DNA of 45,709 nt. It comes from an uncultured Ruminococcus sp. (lineage in GTDB: Bacteria; Bacillota; Clostridia; Oscillospirales; CAG-272). The stretch is from NCBI GenBank assembly GCA_902784545.1, contig CACZVC010000003.1:1-45709 (forward strand), read 5' to 3'. Position numbers and translations under genes: made by a program. Below, piece by piece: positions 39,274-45,709 of this stretch (positions are counted from its first letter, which is position 1; each line of letters begins with the position of its first letter). The notes below the pieces were generated by a model that made no database searches, was not told the origin of the DNA, and saw nothing but the letters and a program-made list of their open reading frames with translations.

Positions 39274-42200
39274 TCAGTTTGAAGCGTATGCGGTTGCCGA
39301 GGCGCCGTATTTCATCATCGCTTTTACGAGATTCGAAAGCTTGTCGGCGGGATCGGCCGTCGCTTTTGACGCGGCGTACGATTCAATGCTGTATCTCAGC
39401 GTGTTGCTGACCGCGGTACCTGAGCGGTACACCGTGACGAACACCGTATCCTTCATCTGCTTTGCAGTCAGCTCCCTGAATCTTATCTTGAATCTGCCGT
39501 CGTCGGTCGGCGTTATCTCATCTCCCGAAAATTCTTTCAGCAGAGCTCCGTTTTTATCTCTGATCTCTATCGAAAGACCGGTCGTATCTGCCGCCGTGAA
39601 CTTGAATTCCATAATGACTGAATCGCTCAGAGACAGCGATACTGCTTTCCAGACCGCCTCGGGCGACGCGATCACGGAATAACCGTCCTCCGCGTATTTC
39701 GTATCGGTCGACGATTTGAGCACCGGATCGGCAGACGTGCCGTAAGCGAGCTGTTCCGCGGTAAGATCGCCGTTTGCGGGATTCGCCGTGTTGCGATCCG
39801 TATACTCCTGCGAAGCCGCGCCGTAGTTGAGCAGATCCACGAGAAGCGTGCGGAGACGGAACGCTTTTTCTTTTTCTCCTAAGTCTTTCATACTGTCGAT
39901 CTTTTCGCCGGTAAGGCCATTCAAAAGACCGCTGCAATACCGGGTTATACTGTAGTCAAGCGTTTCTCCGGCGAACGTCAAGCCGTTCTTTTCGCCGTGG
40001 AGCGTGGCGTACATAACGTCGTTCATCTGGTTCGGCGCGATGCCGCTGTAGCTGAACACGTAGTAAGTACCGGACGTATCCTCGCTGTAATCGGTTGTCG
40101 TTACGGTTTTGCCGTTCCATTCGAACTCAGCGTAAAGATCCGTAAGTCCCGCGGATATTATCGTATCTTTTTTCACGTAGTAGTTTATCTTCAGATCGTT
40201 CTGCAAAGTCACGGAAGCGGCGTAGAACGAGAGCTCGGACATGATTCCCGTCGATCTGAACGAGGCGTTCAGCGTAACGTTTGCCTCGGGCATCGTGAAG
40301 CTGTATACTCCGGTAACGGCGTCCACCGTGACGGTATATGTTTCGCCGCCTTCAACTGTGTATGTAACGCTTTCCGGCTCGTAGCCGCTTTCCGGGGTGA
40401 TGATCAGCGTGACCGTCTCGCCCGGCTCGGCGGTCGATTTGTTCGCGCCGACCGCGCCGTTTGCGGCGCCCGCGGCCGTCACTTCATAGCGCGCCGTTCC
40501 GCTCGGCGTTATCGTGAAATCGGTTGTGCCGACGTAAGCCGTCTCATACGTATTTCTCTGAACGACGAGCCTGTAGCTTCCGGGCTCCGTAGGCTTTATG
40601 GCGCTCATGTAATTCGTAGCGCCCGTACCGGTATAGATCATCGTCGTCTCTCCGGCCCATTTGTCCACCGGTATCAACGGCAGCGTTATATCGGGATCGG
40701 GCAGGACTTCGTTTTCGGAGCAGCCCTCCTGTTTCACGCGCAGAGAGGTCGTATCAGTATTTCTGCTCCAGCGCGCGTAAAGCACGGTGTCTGCGTCGAA
40801 GACCGTCGCGGTATCCGCGTCGACCTCGGCGCCGTCTACGTCGATACTGTACCAGCCGTTAAAGGTATAGCCTTTGGCTGTCGGTACGGGATACTCGTCT
40901 ATTGTACGCGGACCGTCAGCCGGAACACGGATCTCGCCGACTGTGACGCTGCCCTGTCCCGCGTTGAACACGACCGTGAAGTAGGGACTCCAGCGTGCGT
41001 AAAGCACCGCGTCGCTTGTGAATACGGTATCCTCCGTTACAAGGCTTCCGCCGGATTCCGCCGTAAACCAGCCCGTGAATATCTGATTTTCCTTTACGAT
41101 CTTAGGCGATTCGAGCGCGCCTGCCCTCCTGCCTGATTTTGCGGGGAACTCGGCGACCGTCACGCCGTTTTCATAATACGTTATTTTGACGGATTCGACC
41201 CAGCGGGCGTATATCGAGGTATCGCTCGTGAACGCCGTGGCGGCTGTTACGTCGATCTCGGCGCCGTTTGCGTCGATATAATACCATCCGTCGAACAGTT
41301 TACTTACGTCTGAGAAATAGGGCTCAGGCAGTTTTCCGACGGGCTCGCCGGACGCAACGCCTATCGCTCCGGTGGAGCAAACGGCGTTTGCGTCGTTCGG
41401 TACGAGGTTTATCGTGACCTGCGAATCCGCAAACGTTATGCTCATCGGCGCCGAAGCGTTGCCCGCGGCGTCCGTCGCTATAACGCAGTAAAGGTCGTTT
41501 TCTCCGGGCTTTGAATCGAAGCGTAACGGAATACTGAACGTTCCGTTCTCACCTGCGATCACGCCCGCGATAAAGTTCTTGTATGAATTATCATTCGAGT
41601 CATCCTTCTGATATACCAGAACGGAGGCTCCGCCCTCGGCGGTGCCGGTGATGTTCGCCGCGTAACCGGTCTCGGTGAGGTTCAGCGCATATACGCCGAG
41701 CTTGTCGAGCATAAGCGGCGGCGCTATCGTATCTATGCTTACGTTTATCCTGTCAAGCGCGTAGTCGTGCGTTGCCGTGTTGACGGCGAGGACCTGAAGC
41801 GTAATCGGCTTGGCGTCCGCGCCCTGCGCGGATATCGCGCAGTCGAGCGACGTAACGCCGCTTCCGCTTGCGAGGACCGCGCCCGTCTCGGTATTCGTAA
41901 CGGTCATATCGAGCTGTATGTCGCTTCTGACTGTGAAAGTAACGCCGTTTGCGCCGACCGTCAGATTATGGCTGTTCCCCTCTCCGCTCATGACGTTACC
42001 GGAGTAGGTCACGACGGGACGCACCGCGTCGTTGAGCGCGGCGGGATCAGATACGCCCTCGTAGCTCAGCTTATACGTGCTTTTTACCGTATCGGTCGGA
42101 TCGTCGTATATCAGCGCTTTTACGCCCGCTCTGTAATTCTTTCCGGCTTCAAGCGAGGAAAGATCGAGTATCATCGATAAAGACGCGTCGTTCGTGCGGA

Positions 42201-45200
42201 AACGAAGCCCTGTATCATTGCCGTTTTCGTCGTATACGGATATCTGATACGCGTTTGCGTCCTGCACGCCGTTCCAGCTCGCGGTCATCGTTTTGTTGCC
42301 CGAATAGACGAGCTCAACGTTTTCCGGAGCGTCGGGTATCACGTTGTTCGTATAATGTACCGTTTGTTCAAAGCTCTTCTGATCGACAAGCGTCCAGGTC
42401 TTTACGACCTCGCCGTTTTCGCCTTCGACTTCTATGTATTCGGTCAGAAGCACGCTCGGATAGTAGTCTCCGTCGGGAGCAAGGCTTCCGGTGAGATCAA
42501 AGCTCAACGCGTCCTCATACGACGCGGAACCGGTAAGCTCGGCAGTCTCCGCTAAAAGACAGTCTCCGTCGCCTTTTTCTTTTCCGAGCACGAGCTGTAC
42601 TTTGTATTTCGTGTTTTCATCGGCTTCTTTTACGCTGTAATTCGCGGCGGAACCCGATATGGTCGTTTCGTCCGGATCAAGCGACGCGAACGCCGTCGTC
42701 TGTATAACGTCGACTTTGTCGATCTCCGACGTGCTCGTTATCGTATAAGTACCGGCGGCGCCGGGCGCAAAGTAGACTACGCCCGCGTCGGCAAAGAAGT
42801 TTGCGGTATTCGTCTGATTTCCTTCGTCGTCGTACGTCGCCGCGGTCAGCGCGACGGGTTCGCCTCCGAAGGTCACCGTCAGATCGTTCGTCGTAAGGAT
42901 CGCATTGGCGTTGCTTAACGTGATCGCCAGGAACGTACTGCCGACGACCGCGCTCGCCACGTCCGCGCTGAAGCTGTTGCCGGATCTCAGCCGCATCAGT
43001 CTGACGCCCGCGCCGAGGTCTCCGCCGGACGCGCCGTTTCTGTTATTGCCGGAGATCTGAAGCTGCGCTATGTTCTTCGCCGCCATTTCCACGACGGCGG
43101 GAACACGTTCTCCGGTTTCCGGATCCTCTAATTCTCCTATCATTTTATATGATTTTCCCGTGACCGCGGAACGGTTGCTTATGCCGCTCAGGTCAAGGTC
43201 GCTGCCTTCGCCGTATCCGGCGCTGAGTCTCGGCGCTTTCTCGCCGAAAACGTAGACCGCGCGCAGATAGAAGCGGAACGCTCCCGTACCGATCACAAGC
43301 TTTGCGCCGACCGCGGCGTCAAAGCTCAGCTTGGCGTTGGAAGCAAGGTCGCGAAGCACTTTCGAGGGAGATCCGGACACTTTGTCGGAGCTGGAGTCGA
43401 CCTTGCTGCTTGCGTTAGCGGCGGCGTAGAAGCCTATCTCCGCGTTCGCGAGGTTCACGCTCTTGAACGGAAACACACCGCCTACAAGCTTTTTGGGTAT
43501 GGTGATGCTGCCTTTAAGGCTTCCCGAGGCGTGGAGCTGATAAATGAAGTATATCCAGCCGTCCTCCTCGTAATAGCCGGTAAAGCCGCCGAAGCCTATC
43601 GTGCCCGTCGCCGAGAACAGCATGGGAAGCTCATCGTCCTCGCCGCCGTAGTGGCTGGCGACGGTCGCCGGTACGGCTATTACCATATACTGTTCAAGAT
43701 CGGCGCTGAGACCCCAGTATGTCTTTCCTTTTATTTCGCGCTCTCCGGCGTCCCATTTGGCGCTGACGCCGAATTCCTTTATGAAATCCATATCCGCGAT
43801 CTCGATATCCTCCATTGTGAGGTCGAAGCCGTCAAGACCTACGGATAAGCGTATCCATCCTTCTATAACGTCCACGATGCTGCCCTTGGCGGCGACGTTG
43901 AGGCGTACGGGAGGCGCGCCGAAGCTGTCCATAGCCACAGTATCGGCGAGGCCGCTGATGCCGAGACCGCCGCCCTGGATATAACCTATGACAGTAGGCG
44001 GTACGAGAGGTATGCCGCCCTCGTCGACGGAAAGCTCCGCGTAGAGCGTGTCGAGCAGGATTATGCCGCGCACCTCCTTGAACGAGGTCTCGAAAGCGCC
44101 GGAGAATATCGGCGTTTCAAGCTCGACGCTGAGGGAGATCATGCGGTGCGGCGCAAAGGTGTTGAGCTGCATGCTCGCGCCGCCGCTCACCGGGAAGCCG
44201 GCGATAGAGGGTACGTTGACGCTGCCGCCGCCCTCGATACCGGTGATCTGCGTACCGTTGCCGTATTTGAGCTGCAGCTGATTTATCGTTATGTTTCCGA
44301 AATCCGCAAACGGCGTGGAAAAGCTCAGGCATCCGCCGAAGCGTACCGCGCATTTGTCGCGGAGCGGAGAGACGCTGTCAAGTCTGAATTCGCTTCCCGA
44401 GAAGGAAGGCACCGAGAAGACGGCGTCGTTGTTTACGACCTGTTCGTCGTCGAAGTTTATTCTGAACGCCATACTGCTGTTCGGGTTTTCAAGCAGCAGT
44501 TCAAGCTGATCGTCCGTACCGTGGGGCTTGTATACCGTATATTCCGGAGTGTGCAGATTTACGCTCTGAAGCGTTATCGTGACGTCTCCTTCGTTGTCGT
44601 CGCGCACGATCAGATCGGGATTGTAATTCGTATGATTACCGGGCGTTGCGGTCAGAGCTCCGTTTTCAAGCAGGGATATGACGGTGTCCGCGCTCCTGGT
44701 GTTGAGCTTCCAGGTCGTGACGCCGGATATGGTTTCGCCCCTGAAGCCGTCCGTTCCCGCGCTGAACACGGTCAGCACCGGAAGACCGAGGGCGCTCGCA
44801 CGGCTTTTTACCGTTTCCGCGCCGTTTCCGGGGATTACCATCATCCCGTCGCCCGTTCTCACGATTGCGAGATGCGTTACGACGACCGGCGCGTCGGGGT
44901 TGGCGGAGGTCTCGTTTCCGAACGTCGCCAGAAGCGAGCGCACCTGCGCCGTGCTCGGAGCGGACTCGGGCTCAGCCGGTTTGCCCGGCCAGCGTCCCTT
45001 GCCCTGCACCACGGCGCTCTCCTCCACTCTGAACTGGCTCATATCCGCCGCCATGACCGCCATATGCTCCGGCACGTTCAGTACCGAGCCGGGCAGCAGA
45101 TCAAGAGCTGTGCCGGAGGGCAGCGTCAGGGTATAGATCCCGTCGCCGCTCTCGTTATACGGCAGGTCGGGGAAATTCATCTGTCCGCGTACGCGGTAGG

Positions 45201-45709
45201 TGTAGTTGCCGTTCAGGATCAGGGGCTTTGCGGTATAGCCCTCGCTGCCGCTGATGCATTGCCACGTTGTGTCGTCATAAATGCGGGTATCCTCCCAGCC
45301 TGCGCCGAGAATGAAACAGGCGCCGGTGATAAGGGCGGGATCAAACAGCGTATCGTGGTAGAGATCATCCGGATTCGGGTCTCTTCCCAGCGCGTCCTGA
45401 GTCATGACCCCCTGGGGATTCTGCTTACGGTAGAAGTTGTCCCAGGAAACGTTCACCGCGCCGCCGTAGAGTGAATTCTTGTTCTGCTGCAGCAGCAGTA
45501 CCGGATTGCAGTCTATATGACCCATTTTGAGGATCTCGGTGGTATTCTCATAGTAGGAGTTGGCGTTCTCACAGGTCGAGCCGATAACGTAGCCCGGCAT
45601 CCGTCCGGTGTATACGCCGTCTTCAAAGGAGAGGACGTATTCCTGATCCGTATATGTGTAATACGTATTCCAGACCCATTCGTCGGCGTCGGGATCGAAT
45701 TCCTTCGGA
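39274..45709 (-). CDS. Giant secreted/surface protein, 5'-partial (more than 2140 codons in the window): Ig/FN3-like modules and three Listeria-Bacteroides (Flg_new) repeats
   Basis: The frame stays open from 45600 to the window edge, so the listed Met is internal. Flg_new-type repeats at about 40760-41350: FDGWYYIDANG..IYARW, FTGWFTAESGG..LYARW, FNGWYSIDVDG..LYARW. FN3-like APENVELVYSGNKTMTASWNGVQDANAYQISVYD at about 42230-42340. No LPXTG motif or C-terminal TM helix. Confidence 0.85.
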   Translation of the reverse strand, partial: PKEFDPDADEWVWNTYYTYTDQEYVLSFEDGVYTGRMPGYVIGSTCENANSYYENTTEILKMGHIDCNPVLLLQQNKNSLYGGAVNVSWDNFYRKQNPQGVMTQDALGRDPNPDDLYHDTLFDPALITGACFILGAGWEDTRIYDDTTWQCISGSEGYTAKPLILNGNYTYRVRGQMNFPDLPYNESGDGIYTLTLPSGTALDLLPGSVLNVPEHMAVMAADMSQFRVEESAVVQGKGRWPGKPAEPESAPSTAQVRSLLATFGNETSANPDAPVVVTHLAIVRTGDGMMVIPGNGAETVKSRASALGLPVLTVFSAGTDGFRGETISGVTTWKLNTRSADTVISLLENGALTATPGNHTNYNPDLIVRDDNEGDVTITLQSVNLHTPEYTVYKPHGTDDQLELLLENPNSSMAFRINFDDEQVVNNDAVFSVPSFSGSEFRLDSVSPLRDKCAVRFGGCLSFSTPFADFGNITINQLQLKYGNGTQITGIEGGGSVNVPSIAGFPVSGGASMQLNTFAPHRMISLSVELETPIFSGAFETSFKEVRGIILLDTLYAELSVDEGGIPLVPPTVIGYIQGGGLGISGLADTVAMDSFGAPPVRLNVAAKGSIVDVIEGWIRLSVGLDGFDLTMEDIEIADMDFIKEFGVSAKWDAGEREIKGKTYWGLSADLEQYMVIAVPATVASHYGGEDDELPMLFSATGTIGFGGFTGYYEEDGWIYFIYQLHASGSLKGSITIPKKLVGGVFPFKSVNLANAEIGFYAAANASSKVDSSSDKVSGSPSKVLRDLASNAKLSFDAAVGAKLVIGTGAFRFYLRAVYVFGEKAPRLSAGYGEGSDLDLSGISNRSAVTGKSYKMIGELEDPETGERVPAVVEMAAKNIAQLQISGNNRNGASGGDLGAGVRLMRLRSGNSFSADVASAVVGSTFLAITLSNANAILTTNDLTVTFGGEPVALTAATYDDEGNQTNTANFFADAGVVYFAPGAAGTYTITSTSEIDKVDVIQTTAFASLDPDETTISGSAANYSVKEADENTKYKVQLVLGKEKGDGDCLLAETAELTGSASYEDALSFDLTGSLAPDGDYYPSVLLTEYIEVEGENGEVVKTWTLVDQKSFEQTVHYTNNVIPDAPENVELVYSGNKTMTASWNGVQDANAYQISVYDENGNDTGLRFRTNDASLSMILDLSSLEAGKNYRAGVKALIYDDPTDTVKSTYKLSYEGVSDPAALNDAVRPVVTYSGNVMSGEGNSHNLTVGANGVTFTVRSDIQLDMTVTNTETGAVLASGSGVTSLDCAISAQGADAKPITLQVLAVNTATHDYALDRINVSIDTIAPPLMLDKLGVYALNLTETGYAANITGTAEGGASVLVYQKDDSNDNSYKNFIAGVIAGENGTFSIPLRFDSKPGENDLYCVIATDAAGNASAPMSITFADSQVTINLVPNDANAVCSTGAIGVASGEPVGKLPEPYFSDVSKLFDGWYYIDANGAEIDVTAATAFTSDTSIYARWVESVKITYYENGVTVAEFPAKSGRRAGALESPKIVKENQIFTGWFTAESGGSLVTEDTVFTSDAVLYARWSPYFTVVFNAGQGSVTVGEIRVPADGPRTIDEYPVPTAKGYTFNGWYSIDVDGAEVDADTATVFDADTVLYARWSRNTDTTSLRVKQEGCSENEVLPDPDITLPLIPVDKWAGETTMIYTGTGATNYMSAIKPTEPGSYRLVVQRNTYETAYVGTTDFTITPSGTARYEVTAAGAANGAVGANKSTAEPGETVTLIITPESGYEPESVTYTVEGGETYTVTVDAVTGVYSFTMPEANVTLNASFRSTGIMSELSFYAASVTLQNDLKINYYVKKDTIISAGLTDLYAEFEWNGKTVTTTDYSEDTSGTYYVFSYSGIAPNQMNDVMYATLHGEKNGLTFAGETLDYSITRYCSGLLNGLTGEKIDSMKDLGEKEKAFRLRTLLVDLLNYGAASQEYTDRNTANPANGDLTAEQLAYGTSADPVLKSSTDTKYAEDGYSVIASPEAVWKAVSLSLSDSVIMEFKFTAADTTGLSIEIRDKNGALLKEFSGDEITPTDDGRFKIRFRELTAKQMKDTVFVTVYRSGTAVSNTLRYSIESYAASKATADPADKLSNLVKAMMKYGASATAYASN

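Overview
This is a 45.7-kb chromosomal window from a Gram-positive, Clostridia-like genome. Supporting signs are AGGAGG-type RBSs, TTGACA-N17-TATAAT promoters, a TPP riboswitch with ThiT, and a DHHW/MBOAT pair; G+C is roughly one half by eye. I can support about 31 protein genes, one tRNA-Leu(CAG), one TPP riboswitch and two gene remnants.

Layout from left to right:
(i) About 630 bp of ORF-free stacked hairpin repeats.
(ii) A minus-strand ECF sigma/anti-sigma pair, a Zn-ribbon membrane protein and a membrane-anchored phosphodiester glycosidase.
(iii) An EamA transporter.
(iv) A 12.4-kb seven-gene minus-strand operon. It encodes a 1037-aa solute-binding protein with CBM-like modules, two complete MalF/MalG-type permease pairs, an NHL-TPR-Yip1 membrane protein and a 1063-aa DUF5696-like secreted protein.
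(v) A truncated GNAT gene, TPP riboswitch-thiT, an amidase and a PP-loop ATPase.
(vi) pheS-pheT-nucleotidyltransferase-galE plus two AT-rich tail genes.
(vii) An MBOAT + DHHW acyltransferase pair.
(viii) A roughly 2.6-kb AT-rich islet (two lipoproteins and a small P-loop protein) behind a long structured leader.
(ix) An HD-GYP gene, tRNA-Leu, a structured RNA-like segment, a WYL-type regulator remnant and a second, membrane-bound HD-GYP gene.
(x) Another hairpin-repeat field, an unannotated 39-codon ORF, and the 3' 6.4 kb of a giant surface-protein gene that runs off the right edge.

Best candidates for something undescribed:
- the double-permease / giant-SBP / NHL-Yip1 / DUF5696-like operon;
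- the intergenic micro-hairpin arrays and structured repeat families, which show compensatory substitutions between copies;
- the AT-rich islet with its leader;
- the mini-ORF behind the giant gene.

All domain calls come from reading motifs by eye. No searches or computations were run, and G+C statements are visual estimates.
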